Assembly (NCBI GenBank): GCA_051439425.1
Contig: JBFRWD010000072.1
Location: 1-19,417, forward strand
DNA: 19,417 nt
Direction: 5' to 3'
DNA from: Synechococcus sp.
GTDB taxonomy: Bacteria; Cyanobacteriota; Cyanobacteriia; Thermostichales; PCC-7336
Below the pieces are notes generated by a model, which was given only the letters and a program-made list of their open reading frames with translations, had not been told where the DNA came from and did not search any database. This document shows, in pieces, positions 1-10,686 of this stretch (positions are counted from its first letter, which is position 1; each line of letters begins with the position of its first letter). Made by a program: the position numbers and the translations under genes.

Positions 1-2
1 CC

Positions 3-1100
3 ATTAACATCATCTATGAAATATATACAGTGGGTCTTCAACTAGGTGACGGTATCGGCGTCGGTAACGACGAGCGCGAGCAAACACTAAACCAGTTGTT
101 GACCGAGATGGACGGTTTTGAGGGTAACACCGGCATCATCATCATCGCGGCAACTAACCGTGCAGATGTTCTAGACTCTGCTCTCATGCGTCCCGGTCGA
201 TTTGACCGCCAGGTTACAGTGGATCGCCCCAGCTTCAGAGGGCGTCACGACATCCTCAAGGTTCACGCTCGTGACAAGAAGTTGTCAGATGACGTCAACC
301 TAGAAACGATTGCTCGTCGTACTCCTGGTTTTGCCGGTGCAGATCTGGAAAACCTGCTGAATGAGGCTGCTATTTTGGCTGCTCGTCGTCAGCAACTGAT
401 GATTACCAACAAGGATATTGATGATGCGATCGATCGGATCACGATTGGGTTAACCAAGCCTCCGTTGTTGGACAGCAAGACTAAGCGTTTGATTGCTTAT
501 CACGAGACCGGTCACGCTTTGTTGATGACGCTGCTGGAATACTCGGATGACCTTAACAAGGTGACGATTATTCCCCGTTCTAGCGGGGCGGGTGGCTTTG
601 CACAGCCCATTCCCAACGAAGAGCAGATGGACAGCGGTCTATACAGTCGTGCATGGATGCTCGATCGCGTTGTTGTCGGTTTTGGTGGACGTGCTGCAGA
701 AGAAATTGTCTTCGGCTACAGCGAAGTAACCACAGGGGCAAGTAACGATTTACAGCAGAACACCGGCCTGGTTCGCCAGATGGTGACTCGTTTCGGTATG
801 TCCGATCTCGGTCCATTGATGCTCGAGCAGCCCAACCAAGAGGTTTTCCTCGGGGGCAACTGGAATCGCAGCGAGCTGTCCGAGGATGTTGCGGCGCGCA
901 TCGACGTGCAAGTACGGGAAATTCTGGAGCGGTGCTATCAGAAAGCTCGGTCTATTTTGCTGGAAAACCGTGACCTGGTGGATCGGCTGGCGGAAACTCT
1001 GATCGAGCGGGAAACGCTGGATGGAGATGAGTTTAAGGCGATCGTGGCTGAGTACACTACCATTCCCGAGAAAGCGAATGCTACGCCCAAGTTGGGGTAG
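3..1100 (+). CDS. ftsH: ATP-dependent zinc metalloprotease FtsH, 5'-truncated (C-terminal part of AAA+ domain plus M41 protease domain)
   Basis: [21 protein letters not shown] motif [24 protein letters not shown], zinc motif HETGH, GGRAAEE and TTGASNDL. The frame is open back to base 3, so GTG at 30 is not the real start. Confidence 0.97.
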   Translation: MNIIYEIYTVGLQLGDGIGVGNDEREQTLNQLLTEMDGFEGNTGIIIIAATNRADVLDSALMRPGRFDRQVTVDRPSFRGRHDILKVHARDKKLSDDVNLETIARRTPGFAGADLENLLNEAAILAARRQQLMITNKDIDDAIDRITIGLTKPPLLDSKTKRLIAYHETGHALLMTLLEYSDDLNKVTIIPRSSGAGGFAQPIPNEEQMDSGLYSRAWMLDRVVVGFGGRAAEEIVFGYSEVTTGASNDLQQNTGLVRQMVTRFGMSDLGPLMLEQPNQEVFLGGNWNRSELSEDVAARIDVQVREILERCYQKARSILLENRDLVDRLAETLIERETLDGDEFKAIVAEYTTIPEKANATPKLG

Positions 1101-1145
1101 TAACTCCCATTACTTATTCGCACGTTAAGCAAGTAGATTATTTCT

Positions 1146-1172
1146 GTGGCTAGCGTCTGCTAGCCACCTTTC
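1146..1172 (+). terminator. Probable intrinsic terminator of ftsH
   Basis: Perfect 9-bp stem GTGGCTAGC-gtct-GCTAGCCAC followed by a short pyrimidine run CTTTCT, 45 nt after the stop. Confidence 0.65.
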
Positions 1173-1359
1173 TCAATGATTCAGAGGCCATTTATCTGTC
1201 CGCTCCGGATTCGTGGCTTCTGCTTAAACGGTTTCTATACAAGCCCAGGCGCGACCAAGTGGATGACCCACCGAATAAAATTGTGTTGCATGCACAAGTC
1301 GCGATGAAAGCGAATCTGCGCTTTCAAAGTACAACAAAGTACAAAGTATTTCTGTTAAA

Positions 1360-1432
<73 letters not shown>

Positions 1433-1470
1433 TGACTTGAAGAACGCCGCTTTTGTCCGGCGCAGTTAAG

Positions 1471-1499
1471 AGCATAACGAACTGTGTACTACCGTGCAA
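1471..1499 (-). promoter_or_regulatory. Putative sigma70-type promoter of tRNA-Phe
   Basis: Minus strand TTGCAC-17 nt-TATGCT, about 40 nt upstream of the tRNA 5' end. Confidence 0.6.
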
Positions 1500-1534
1500 G
1501 CCTTTCATGAACCAAGAATTTCAATTGCATGAAA

Positions 1535-1564
1535 TTGACATCTGCGATCGCGGCTTGTTAGTAT
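1535..1564 (+). promoter_or_regulatory. Putative sigma70-type promoter of the str operon
   Basis: Consensus TTGACA (1535-1540), 18-nt spacer containing a HIP1 site, extended -10 TGnTAGTAT (1556-1564). Back-to-back with the tRNA promoter. Confidence 0.65.
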
Positions 1565-1681
1565 TCATCTTCGGTGCAATAGTCGAAATCTAGTGCAACC
1601 GTACTCAGGTGCGGAGCTGCCATTCGCCACGGTTGCATACCAGCAAAACATTCTATTTCTACCTACCCAAACCTCAACCCC

Positions 1682-2056
1682 ATGCCCACTATTCAGCAGC
1701 TAATTCGAGAAGAACGAAGCGTCGCCAAGCAGAAGTCTAAGTCCCCCGCGCTCAAGGCTTGCCCTCAGCGTAGAGGTGTGTGCACCCGCGTGTACACCAC
1801 CACTCCGAAAAAGCCTAACTCTGCACTGCGCAAAGTTGCTCGTGTCAGGCTGACGTCTGGGTTTGAGGTTACGGCTTACATTCCCGGAATTGGACATAAC
1901 TTGCAAGAGCACTCCGTCGTTATGATTCGTGGCGGTCGTGTGAAGGATTTACCCGGTGTTCGTTACCACATCATCCGAGGCACGCTCGACACCGCAGGTG
2001 TCAAAGACCGTCGCCAAGGCCGTTCCAAGTACGGTGCCAAGCGTCCTAAGGAATAA
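1682..2056 (+). CDS. rpsL: 30S ribosomal protein S12
   Basis: MPTIQQLIR..., [44 protein letters not shown]. Confidence 0.99.
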   Translation: MPTIQQLIREERSVAKQKSKSPALKACPQRRGVCTRVYTTTPKKPNSALRKVARVRLTSGFEVTAYIPGIGHNLQEHSVVMIRGGRVKDLPGVRYHIIRGTLDTAGVKDRRQGRSKYGAKRPKE

Positions 2057-2142
2057 ATGGACATCGAGTGCCTGCGCCCCTGAGCAGCTTTGATGCTTCA
2101 TCGCTTGTAATTCAATCATCCAAATTAGGTTTAGTTTCTGTT

Positions 2143-2613
2143 ATGTCCCGCCGCAATCGAGCCACTCGCCGCGAAGTTACCCCCGACCCCAAGTACGGTA
2201 GCCGTTTAGTTGCCATGCTGATCCGCAAGCTCATGCTGGATGGCAAGGCTTCTCTCTCCTCTAAGATCGTTTACGACGCCATGGATATCATTGCCGAGCG
2301 TACTGGCGCCGATCCTCTGGAAGTTGTAGAGAACGGCTTGCGTAATGCGACTCCTATGGTTGAGGTAAAAGCTCGCCGTGTAGGTGGTGCGACCTATCAG
2401 GTACCCATGGAAGTTCGTGGCGAACGAGGGACTACTTTGGCCCTGCGTTGGCTGTCCAACTTCTCGCGAGCTCGTCCCGGCAAAACCATGGCTATGAAGC
2501 TGGCTAACGAGCTGATGGATGCTTCCAATGAGACCGGCAACACCATCCGCAAGCGTGAGGAAACTCACCGCATGGCTGAAGCGAACAAGGCGTTTGCTCA
2601 CTACCGCTACTAA
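2143..2613 (+). CDS. rpsG: 30S ribosomal protein S7
   Basis: MSRR start at ATG 2143 (156 aa); [14 protein letters not shown] and [15 protein letters not shown]. The extension from 2068 is not S7-like. Confidence 0.99.
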   Translation: MSRRNRATRREVTPDPKYGSRLVAMLIRKLMLDGKASLSSKIVYDAMDIIAERTGADPLEVVENGLRNATPMVEVKARRVGGATYQVPMEVRGERGTTLALRWLSNFSRARPGKTMAMKLANELMDASNETGNTIRKREETHRMAEANKAFAHYRY

Positions 2614-2732
2614 TTAGAAGACAGCACCAGACATAGTGGTTTTAAGCCTGTTGCGGAGTCGAGCAATTGGGCTTAGTTGTTCAGCGGTAATGAAACACTC
2701 GTCCTAAAGCGGGACGATTTCAGGAGGCAGTT

Positions 2733-4811
2733 GTGGCTCGTACCATTCCTCTGGATACAGTTCGGAATATCGGGATTGCTGCACACATTGATGCTGGCAA
2801 GACTACAACGACCGAGCGCATCCTATTTTATTCGGGAATTGTTCACAAGATTGGTGAAGTCCATGACGGCAATGCCGTTACGGACTGGATGGCCCAAGAG
2901 CGGGAGCGCGGCATTACGATTACGGCTGCGGCGATCTCGACCAATTGGCGCGATCACCGCATCAATATCATTGACACGCCCGGTCACGTAGATTTCACGA
3001 TTGAAGTTGAACGATCCATGCGAGTGCTCGACGGGGTAATCGTGGTGTTCTCGGCTGTTGATGGCGTGCAGCCGCAGACAGAAACCGTGTGGCGACAGGC
3101 CAATCGCTACTCGGTGCCCCGGATTGCATTCGTCAACAAAATGGATCGCACTGGTTCTGATTTCTCTGCGGCGGTTGGCCAGATGCGCGATCGCCTCCAT
3201 ACCAATGCAGTTGCCATCCAGCTGCCGATCGGTGCCGAAGATGAATTTACTGGCTTGATCGACTTGGTAAAGATGGAAGCTCACATCTATACCAACGATC
3301 TCGGCACCGATATCGAAGTCACCGATATTCCCGAGAGCATGCGAGAGCTAGCTTCCGAATATCGCGAGACGCTGGTAGAAGCTGTTGCCGAGACTGACGA
3401 TCGTCTGACTGAGAAGTTTTTGGACGGGGAAGAGCTGACAACAGAGGAATTGGTCTCAGGATTGCGTAAAGCAACCATTGCTAACGAAATCATGCCTGTT
3501 CTGTGTGGCTCGGCCTTCAAAAACAAAGGCGTACAGCTTTTGCTAGACGCAGTAGTAGATTACCTTCCTGCACCGATCGACGTACCTGCCATCAAGGGCG
3601 AACTGGAAAACGGCGAGGAAGAGGCTCGCGAGGCCGATGATGATGCACCGTTATCGGCATTAGCGTTCAAGGTTATGTCCGATCCCTACGGACGCCTTAC
3701 GTTTGTGCGAGTCTACTCAGGTGTACTTGAAAAAGGGAGTTACGTGCTCAATCCCGTCAAGGGCAAAAAAGAGCGCGTATCGCGTCTGATCGTCATGAAA
3801 GCGGACGATCGAATTGATGTTGATGAGCTACGGGCAGGAGACTTGGGTGCCGTCCTGGGTTTGAAGGACACTATAACCGGCGACACCCTGAGCGATGCCA
3901 AGCAGCCCATCATTCTTGAATCCCTGTTTATTCCGGAGCCTGTTATTTCAGTTGCGGTTGAACCCAAGACTCAGGCAGACCTAGACAAGCTTTCTAAAGC
4001 GCTGAAATCGCTATCGGATGAAGATCCGACCTTTAGGGTGGCGATTGACGCTGAAACCAACCAAACCTTGATTTCGGGTATGGGGGAGCTGCACCTGGAA
4101 ATTCTCGTCGATCGCATGCTGCGGGAATTTAACGTTGAGGCGAATGTAGGCGCTCCGCAGGTTGCGTATCGCGAAACCATTCGCAAGCCCACCAATAAAG
4201 TGGCAGGAAAGTTTATTCGCCAGAGCGGCGGCAAGGGTCAATACGGGCATGTCGTGATTGATCTTGAGCCCAATGAAGCCGGCTCTGGGTTCGAGTTTGT
4301 CTCCAAAATCGTGGGGGGGGTTGTTCCTAAGGAATATATCGGCCCGGTGGAGGAAGGCATCAAAGAAGCCTGCGAATCAGGCGTTGTTGCGGGATATCCA
4401 CTGATTGATGTGCGAGCTACCTTAATAGATGGCTCGTACCACGAAGTGGACTCCAACGAAATGGCGTTCAAGATTGCAGGCTCTATGGCACTGCGGGAAG
4501 CTGCCAAGCGATGCGGCCCCGTTTTGCTTGAACCCGGCATGAAAGTCGAGGTGGAAGTTCCTAACGACTTCCTTGGAGATGTGATTGGCGATCTCAACTC
4601 CCGTCGCGGACACGTTGAATCTATGGAACCTGGCGATCCAGTGGCCAAAGTAACTGCTAAAGTACCTTTGGCGACAATGTTCGGCTATGCCACCGACATT
4701 CGATCCAAGACTCAGGGACGCGGTACTTTCTCGATGGAGTTCAGCAACTACGAGGAAGTTCCTCGCAGCGTCGCCGACACCATCATCGCTAAATACAAAG
4801 GGAACGACTAA
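2733..4811 (+). CDS. fusA: Elongation factor G
   Basis: GTG start after [56 protein letters not shown]; 692 aa. Confidence 0.99.
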   Translation: MARTIPLDTVRNIGIAAHIDAGKTTTTERILFYSGIVHKIGEVHDGNAVTDWMAQERERGITITAAAISTNWRDHRINIIDTPGHVDFTIEVERSMRVLDGVIVVFSAVDGVQPQTETVWRQANRYSVPRIAFVNKMDRTGSDFSAAVGQMRDRLHTNAVAIQLPIGAEDEFTGLIDLVKMEAHIYTNDLGTDIEVTDIPESMRELASEYRETLVEAVAETDDRLTEKFLDGEELTTEELVSGLRKATIANEIMPVLCGSAFKNKGVQLLLDAVVDYLPAPIDVPAIKGELENGEEEAREADDDAPLSALAFKVMSDPYGRLTFVRVYSGVLEKGSYVLNPVKGKKERVSRLIVMKADDRIDVDELRAGDLGAVLGLKDTITGDTLSDAKQPIILESLFIPEPVISVAVEPKTQADLDKLSKALKSLSDEDPTFRVAIDAETNQTLISGMGELHLEILVDRMLREFNVEANVGAPQVAYRETIRKPTNKVAGKFIRQSGGKGQYGHVVIDLEPNEAGSGFEFVSKIVGGVVPKEYIGPVEEGIKEACESGVVAGYPLIDVRATLIDGSYHEVDSNEMAFKIAGSMALREAAKRCGPVLLEPGMKVEVEVPNDFLGDVIGDLNSRRGHVESMEPGDPVAKVTAKVPLATMFGYATDIRSKTQGRGTFSMEFSNYEEVPRSVADTIIAKYKGND

Positions 4812-4829
4812 ACAGAGGAACACAGACAA

Positions 4830-6044
4830 ATGGCACGTGAGAAATTCGAACGGAATAAGCCCCACGTCAACATCGGCACCATTGGCCACGTTGACCACGG
4901 CAAAACTACGTTGACCGCTGCGATCACCATGAGCTTGGCGGCGAAAGGTGGTGCAAAGGCTCGTAACTATGAAGATATTGACGCTGCTCCTGAAGAAAAA
5001 GCACGCGGTATCACCATCAACACTGCACACGTAGAGTACGAGACCGAAGGTCGTCACTACGCCCACGTGGACTGCCCCGGTCACGCTGACTACGTGAAGA
5101 ACATGATTACCGGTGCAGCTCAAATGGACGGTGCCGTTCTGGTTGTATCTGCGGCTGACGGTCCCATGCCTCAAACTCGCGAACACATTCTCCTCGCTCG
5201 TCAGGTAGGTGTGCCCAACTTGGTTGTGTTCCTGAACAAGGAAGATCAAGTTGACGACGAAGAGCTCCTGGAACTGGTTGAACTTGAAGTTCGCGAGCTG
5301 CTGTCTGAATACGACTTCGATGGCGACGAGATTCCCATCGTCACCGGTTCTGCTCTGAAGGCTGTTGAAGAATTGGTCGGTGGCGGTCCTGGCGAATGGG
5401 CTGACAAAATCTACAAGCTGATGGATGAAGTTGACGCCTACATTCCCGCTCCCGAACGCGATATTGACAAGCCTTTCTTGATGGCTGTTGAGGACGTTTT
5501 CTCCATTACCGGTCGTGGAACTGTTGCTACCGGTCGTATCGAGCGTGGCAAGGTTAAAGTCGGCGAGACCATCGAACTCGTTGGTTTGGCTGACACCCGC
5601 TCTACCACCGTTACTGGTGTTGAGATGTTCCAGAAGACTCTGGACGAAGGTATGGCTGGTGACAACGTTGGTGTACTGCTTCGAGGTATCCAGAAGGACG
5701 AGATCGAGCGCGGCATGGTTCTGGCCAAGCCCGGCTCCATCACCCCTCACACCAAATTCAAGTCTGAGGTTTACATCCTCAAGAAAGAAGAAGGTGGACG
5801 TCACACTCCGTTCTTCCCTGGCTATCGTCCTCAGTTCTACGTACGTACCACCGACGTAACCGGCACTATCGATGCCTTCACTGCTGACGATGGCTCCGAT
5901 GCTGAAATGGTGATGCCTGGCGATCGCATCAAGATGACCGTATCTTTGATCAACCCCATCGCTATTGAAAAAGGCATGCGCTTCGCAATTCGCGAAGGTG
6001 GCCGCACCGTTGGTGCCGGCGTTGTGTCTGAAATCGTTGAGTAA
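4830..6044 (+). CDS. tuf: Elongation factor Tu
   Basis: [43 protein letters not shown]. Confidence 0.99.
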   Translation: MAREKFERNKPHVNIGTIGHVDHGKTTLTAAITMSLAAKGGAKARNYEDIDAAPEEKARGITINTAHVEYETEGRHYAHVDCPGHADYVKNMITGAAQMDGAVLVVSAADGPMPQTREHILLARQVGVPNLVVFLNKEDQVDDEELLELVELEVRELLSEYDFDGDEIPIVTGSALKAVEELVGGGPGEWADKIYKLMDEVDAYIPAPERDIDKPFLMAVEDVFSITGRGTVATGRIERGKVKVGETIELVGLADTRSTTVTGVEMFQKTLDEGMAGDNVGVLLRGIQKDEIERGMVLAKPGSITPHTKFKSEVYILKKEEGGRHTPFFPGYRPQFYVRTTDVTGTIDAFTADDGSDAEMVMPGDRIKMTVSLINPIAIEKGMRFAIREGGRTVGAGVVSEIVE

Positions 6045-6149
6045 CGCTCGATGAATCTGGCGTAGGTTTGTCTGGCAGTCTGTGTTTCAGACCGTACGAA
6101 CGGGCATCCTGCGCCATCCTTGTCTCTATCTATTTTTGGCTAAATTCCA

Positions 6150-6470
6150 ATGACCTCTACTCTGGCTCAGCAGAAAATTCGCATCCGTTTGAAGGCATTC
6201 GACCATCGTTTGCTGGATACCTCGTGCGACAAAATTGTTGAAACCGCTAACCGCACTCAAGCTGCAGCTGTTGGCCCCATCCCCTTACCTACTCGCCGTC
6301 GTATCTACTGCGTATTGCGTTCCCCCCACGTCAACAAGGATTCTCGCGAGCACTTCGAGACTCGCACCCACCGCCGCATTATCGACATCTACTCTCCGTC
6401 TTCCAAGACGATCGACGCACTCATGAAGCTCGACCTGCCTGCAGGTGTCGACATTGAAGTGAAGCTCTAG
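6150..6470 (+). CDS. rpsJ: 30S ribosomal protein S10
   Basis: [50 protein letters not shown]. Confidence 0.99.
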   Translation: MTSTLAQQKIRIRLKAFDHRLLDTSCDKIVETANRTQAAAVGPIPLPTRRRIYCVLRSPHVNKDSREHFETRTHRRIIDIYSPSSKTIDALMKLDLPAGVDIEVKL

Positions 6471-6541
6471 ATATTTTGGTTGACTGACTTAAAGCTCCGC
6501 TGAGTCAGAGGTCTGGAGTTTTCCAAATTTACAATCCCAGT

Positions 6542-6580
6542 AATGTACGGTCAGAGTGCTGCTCTATCCGTACATTTTTT
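6542..6580 (+). terminator. Probable intrinsic terminator of the str-S10 operon
   Basis: AATGTACGG...AGAG-tgctg-CTCT...CCGTACATT hairpin running into a T tract downstream of rpsJ. Confidence 0.65.
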
Positions 6581-6752
6581 CGAATGAAAAAAAATTTTGC
6601 AGCCAGCTATGGAGAAGTCTTCAGGCTTTTTTCCTAACTGCTCGAGACGTTGAGCTGTTCTCCACACCTATAGCGATCGACAATCCGTGACGGAGACTTC
6701 CGTGACTACTTTTCCTTGAAAATCAAGTATTTTCGCGGTCTCAACCCTCCAA

Positions 6753-6794
6753 GACCTTACAGCGAATTGTTATGGACCTTACAGCAGATTGTTA
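6753..6794. repeat. 20-bp direct repeat (22-bp period) upstream of xseA
   Basis: GACCTTACAGCGAATTGTTA (6753-6772) and GACCTTACAGCAGATTGTTA (6775-6794), 18/20 identical. Confidence 0.85.
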
Positions 6795-6862
6795 AATCTG
6801 TGTGCCTCATACTGGGCTCAACCTGACGTTAGACTGATGCACGGCATTTCAATTTGGTTTCT

Positions 6863-8050
6863 ATGCAGGCGATTAGTGTTTCCCAACTCAATCAAGCGAT
6901 CGCCGCCATCTTGACAGAAACGGTGGGCACAGTGAGCGTTGTTGGTGAAATCTCGAATTTTACGCGCGCCCGCTCGGGACATCGATATTTCACGCTGAAA
7001 GAGGATGGGGCTCAGATCTCGTGCACGTTGTGGCGGGGGCGATCGCTGTCGTTCTTGCCCAGTGACGGCATGAAAGTTGTCGTGACAGGAGATGTAACCG
7101 TTTATTCTCCTCGGGGACAGTATCAGATTGACTGTGTCCGGGTAGAACCTCTGGGGCAGGGGGAGCTGTATTTGGCGTTTGAGGCCCTCAAGGAAGAACT
7201 AGCGGCCAACGGATATTTTGACGCAGAGCGCAAGCGTCAATTGCCTACTTTCCCGCTCAAAGTCGGTGTTGTGACGTCAGCGACAGGGGCAGCGATTCGC
7301 GACATTCTTAGCACGCTAGAGCGACGGATGCCTGCTTGTGAGGTGACATTGGTGGCTGCTGCAGTGCAAGGGGAGCGGGCTCCAGCTGAGGTGGCAGCAG
7401 CGATCGCTACGTTGAATCGCGAAACATCCTGCGATGTGGCCATCGTGGGGCGGGGCGGCGGCTCTTTAGAAGATTTGTGGGCGTTCAACACTGTTGAGGT
7501 AGCGAATGCCATCCTCGATTCCGAGATCCCGGTGATTTCTGCAGTAGGTCACGAAACAGATTTTACGATCGCTGACTTTGTGGCGGATGCAAGGGCGGCA
7601 ACACCGACAGCGGCTGCAGAGTTAGCCAGTCCGCAACCCGCAACTAATGTGCTGGCATGGATGGACAGCCAACAGAAACTGATGGGCGCTCGCATTCAAG
7701 ACCGGCTGCAAGAACTGCGACAGCAATTGGAGTCGCAGCTGGACAGTTATGGATTTCGGACGGTGGGCGATCGCCTACGGGCTGCACAGCAACAGATGGA
7801 TGAAGTGGAATCGAAACTGTCTGGAGCGATGCAGGAACAGTTGAAAAACAGGTCTCAGAAGCTAGAACTACTGACAGCTCAGTTTAAAGCATTGCATCCA
7901 TTGGCTCCGCTGGAGCGCGGGTTTGCCATTGTGAAACGGGACGGGCTGACGTTGGTGGAGGGGGATGTGTTGGCAGAGGGCGATCGGGTGGAGATTGTCC
8001 GCAGCCAGCAAACGGCACGCGCTACTATTGACGAGATTTGTAGTAGTTAG
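6863..8050 (+). CDS. xseA: Exodeoxyribonuclease VII large subunit
   Basis: OB-fold N-terminus (SVSQLN...VVGEISNF...SGHRYFTLK), VGVVTSATGAAIRDI, GRGGGSLEDLWAFN, SAVGHETDFTIADFVADARAATPTAAAE, PLERGFAIV. ATG 6863 preferred over TTG 6854. Confidence 0.97.
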   Translation: MQAISVSQLNQAIAAILTETVGTVSVVGEISNFTRARSGHRYFTLKEDGAQISCTLWRGRSLSFLPSDGMKVVVTGDVTVYSPRGQYQIDCVRVEPLGQGELYLAFEALKEELAANGYFDAERKRQLPTFPLKVGVVTSATGAAIRDILSTLERRMPACEVTLVAAAVQGERAPAEVAAAIATLNRETSCDVAIVGRGGGSLEDLWAFNTVEVANAILDSEIPVISAVGHETDFTIADFVADARAATPTAAAELASPQPATNVLAWMDSQQKLMGARIQDRLQELRQQLESQLDSYGFRTVGDRLRAAQQQMDEVESKLSGAMQEQLKNRSQKLELLTAQFKALHPLAPLERGFAIVKRDGLTLVEGDVLAEGDRVEIVRSQQTARATIDEICSS

Positions 8051-8063
8051 CCCCTATCTGATT

Positions 8064-8324
8064 TTGCCTAGAAAGACTCGCAAGCAGCCTCCTTTTGAAG
8101 ACCAGCTCGCTCGGCTGGAAGAAATTACCTCGCTGTTGGAACATGGCAGTATTCCGTTAGCGGATTTGCTGGTGCTATATGAAGAGGGGATGCAGTTAAC
8201 AGAGCAATGTCGCGAGTTTTTGGAAACAGCCGAGCAAAAGGTGACTGAGATTCAGACTAAGGCGCTCAATAGCTCAGCATCTGCAACGGTAGAGGATGAA
8301 TCTGTAGAGTCAGTTGAGTTTTGA
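8064..8324 (+). CDS. xseB: Exodeoxyribonuclease VII small subunit
   Basis: FEDQLARLEEITSLLEHGSIPLADLLVLYEEGMQLTEQCREFLETAEQKV fits the XseB pattern, directly after xseA. Start inferred at TTG 8064. Confidence 0.92.
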   Translation: MPRKTRKQPPFEDQLARLEEITSLLEHGSIPLADLLVLYEEGMQLTEQCREFLETAEQKVTEIQTKALNSSASATVEDESVESVEF

Positions 8325-9089
8325 TGGCTGGCTAAACTTCCGACGGCCCAGACTGACGAGCAGAACGATGATGTTAATCGCCACTAACCCAAGTGCAGTG
8401 AAGGCTAGTTCAGGAATTTCCCATTGACGGACGGCAATGGCTACTAATCCCCAGGCAAAGACTGCGATGTAAGCAACGTCTCCGTGGGCGATCGCTGCTA
8501 TTGCGGCTACCCCTGCCGCCAGCACCATTGCAATTCCCGTCCACAGCACCGGAGAAATTCCGCCACCACTCCAACCGAGAGCTGTCAGAGCGATCGCTAC
8601 ATTCAGAATGGTTGCTAGTGCCAGCCAAGACAGATAGATACTGATGGGGACGCGTACCAGCCATAGTTGCTGAGAAGAAACGGGCTGCTTGTCCACCTGC
8701 AGTCGTCTGTAGGCCTCCATCAAGGGCAGCAAAATCGCGAGCATTGCTGCCAAAGACAGGGGAAACCAACGCATCAGGAAGACTATCACCCAGACAATTT
8801 GAGCCAGACTGCTAGCGACTAGCAGGAAACCAATGCGTTGCAACTGGGGATTGTGCCGCTGACTGCTTCTAGCTTGGAAGAAGGCGAAGCTTATCAATCC
8901 GAGAAAAATGATTCCCCAGACAGAGAAGGCATAATTTTCGGGGGTTATCAGAACGTCCCCGAATAGTTGATTGGAAATGGCACCGATGCTGAGGCCCTTA
9001 AGTGGGATGAGGTTAGCCAAAATATTGGCACTGAACGACGCCCAGATGGCCACCATCGTTGTCCACTGGCGGACGATATTGCGATTCAT
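8310..9089 (-). CDS. Multi-pass Trp-rich membrane protein (TspO/MBR-like)
   Basis: About 8 hydrophobic segments; motifs ITPENYAFSVWGIIF and PISIYLSWLALATILN resemble TspO/MBR-related proteins. ATG 9089 preferred over TTG 9098. The 3' end overlaps xseB by 15 bp. Confidence 0.7.
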   Translation of the reverse strand: MNRNIVRQWTTMVAIWASFSANILANLIPLKGLSIGAISNQLFGDVLITPENYAFSVWGIIFLGLISFAFFQARSSQRHNPQLQRIGFLLVASSLAQIVWVIVFLMRWFPLSLAAMLAILLPLMEAYRRLQVDKQPVSSQQLWLVRVPISIYLSWLALATILNVAIALTALGWSGGGISPVLWTGIAMVLAAGVAAIAAIAHGDVAYIAVFAWGLVAIAVRQWEIPELAFTALGLVAINIIVLLVSLGRRKFSQPSKLN

Positions 9090-9450
9090 ATCTGTCAATA
9101 CTTCAAAGTTGAAGAATCCTTCAGAGCGTTAAATTATCCAAGAAACGAGAACGTTTCAAAGGTGTTTCGGCTCTGCAAACTCAGCGTCCACTTTATCAAT
9201 TTCATCCTGCCGTCTCGAAGAGGGTGGTCACCCCTCAGGACTCTTCCGGCAAAGTACACCAAGTTGGAGACTGTTCAAGTGGATAGAGTTTGCACACAAT
9301 GTCGAGGAATGTCTGATGTATATCAACGCCCGTGCCGGATATGAATATGCGGTAGCTCATCTCATTCAAGCGTCTGACTGAGGCCCCATAACGCAAGTTG
9401 GAACGACACGAGATCGCCCCAACTTTACAGCTAATGATTTTTGGCGATCG

Positions 9451-10686
9451 CTATACCGAGAACTTCTCAACAATGCGGCGTGTGGCCTCGTTCACGTTCT
9501 CGCGGCTGTTGAACGCTGAGATACGGAAGTAGCCTTCACCCGCAGCACCGAAGCCGGAACCAGGAGTGCCCACAATGTGAGTGGCATTCAACAGCTTGTC
9601 GAAGAAGTCCCAACTGGTGAGGCCATCTGGAGTCTTGACCCATACATAAGGAGCATTGACACCGCCGTAGACTTTGAGGCCAGCAGCCGTCAGTTTCTCG
9701 CAAACAATGCGGGCGTTTTCTAAATAGAACGCAATCAGAGCCTTGGTTTGGGCCTGACCTTCCTCAGAGTAGACTGCTTCTGCACCCCGCTGCACGATGT
9801 AAGACACACCGTTGAATTTGGTGGACTGGCGGCGGTTCCACAACTGGTGCAGTGCGACGTTAGAGCCGTCAGCCGCTTTTCCTTTCAAGCTCTTGGGCAC
9901 AACGGTTAGGGCACAACGGGTACCAGTGAAGCCGGCGTTTTTGGAGAAGGAGCGAAACTCGATCGCGCAATCCCGTGCCCCTTCAATTTCGTAGATGGAG
10001 TGGGGTAGGGAGTCGTCGGTGATAAAGGCTTCGTAAGCGGCGTCGAACAGGATGATGGAACCATTGGCTTTGGCGTAGTCCACCCACTGCTTGAGGTGCT
10101 CTTTGGTGGCGGTGGCTCCGGTGGGGTTGTTAGGGAAACAGAGGTAGATCAGGTCTACCTTTTGGGAGGGGATTTCGGCGGTGAAGTTGTTGTCGGCGGA
10201 GATGGGCATATAGACCAAACCACCGTACTTGCCGCTGTCGTCTGCTTCTCCGGTGTTACCGGCCATGACATTGGTATCTACATAAACGGGGTAGACGGGG
10301 TCGGTGACGGCGATGGTGTTGTTGTGGCCGAAGATATCCAGGATGTTGCCGCAGTCGCACTTGGCTCCATCGGAGATGAAGATTTCGGAGGCGTCGATGT
10401 CGCAGCCTCGGGATTGGAAGTCGGTTTTGGCGATCGCCTCTCGCAACCAACCGTATCCCTGTTCGGGGCCATAGCCTTTGAACGTACTGCGATCGCCCAT
10501 TTCTTCAACGGCTGCAATCATGGCAGAACGGCAAGCTTCCGGCAAGGGTTCGGTGACGTCGCCAATGCCCAATTTAATAATGGGAGCCTCTGGGTTGGCT
10601 TCTGCATACGCTTTGACGCGGCGGGCAATTTCGGGGAACAGATAGCCTGCTTTCAGCTTGAGAAAGTTGTCGTTAATGGTTGCCAT
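9451..10686 (-). CDS. dapL: LL-diaminopimelate aminotransferase
   Basis: [47 protein letters not shown]-lysine motif [31 protein letters not shown]. Start ATG 10686 (411 aa). Confidence 0.97.
   Translation of the reverse strand: MATINDNFLKLKAGYLFPEIARRVKAYAEANPEAPIIKLGIGDVTEPLPEACRSAMIAAVEEMGDRSTFKGYGPEQGYGWLREAIAKTDFQSRGCDIDASEIFISDGAKCDCGNILDIFGHNNTIAVTDPVYPVYVDTNVMAGNTGEADDSGKYGGLVYMPISADNNFTAEIPSQKVDLIYLCFPNNPTGATATKEHLKQWVDYAKANGSIILFDAAYEAFITDDSLPHSIYEIEGARDCAIEFRSFSKNAGFTGTRCALTVVPKSLKGKAADGSNVALHQLWNRRQSTKFNGVSYIVQRGAEAVYSEEGQAQTKALIAFYLENARIVCEKLTAAGLKVYGGVNAPYVWVKTPDGLTSWDFFDKLLNATHIVGTPGSGFGAAGEGYFRISAFNSRENVNEATRRIVEKFSV

Noticed and set aside
1325..1348. CAAAGTA short repeats downstream of tRNA-Phe as an att site or integration scar
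   Set aside because: Low-complexity 7-mers, with no duplicated tRNA 3' end or integrase in the window.
1682..2056. Streptomycin-resistance allele of rpsL
   Set aside because: Both key lysine motifs (PKKPNS, RVKDLP) are wild type.
2068..2142. N-terminal extensions of rpsG, xseB, dapL and paralog 1 in the ORF track
   Set aside because: These come from longest-ORF calling. Family-typical or paralog-matched N-termini begin at 2143, about 8064, 10686 and 11412.
4422..5804. 460-aa minus-strand ORF
   Set aside because: Antisense shadow of tuf and the end of fusA. Long open antisense frames are expected from the codon bias of highly expressed genes, and it has no recognisable motifs.
6753..6794. 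Mini CRISPR array
   Set aside because: Only two 20-bp units separated by 2 nt, with no spacer and no cas genes.
8967..9344. 125-aa ORF extending into the spacer between the membrane gene and dapL
   Set aside because: TTG start inside the opposite-strand gene and no recognisable motif.
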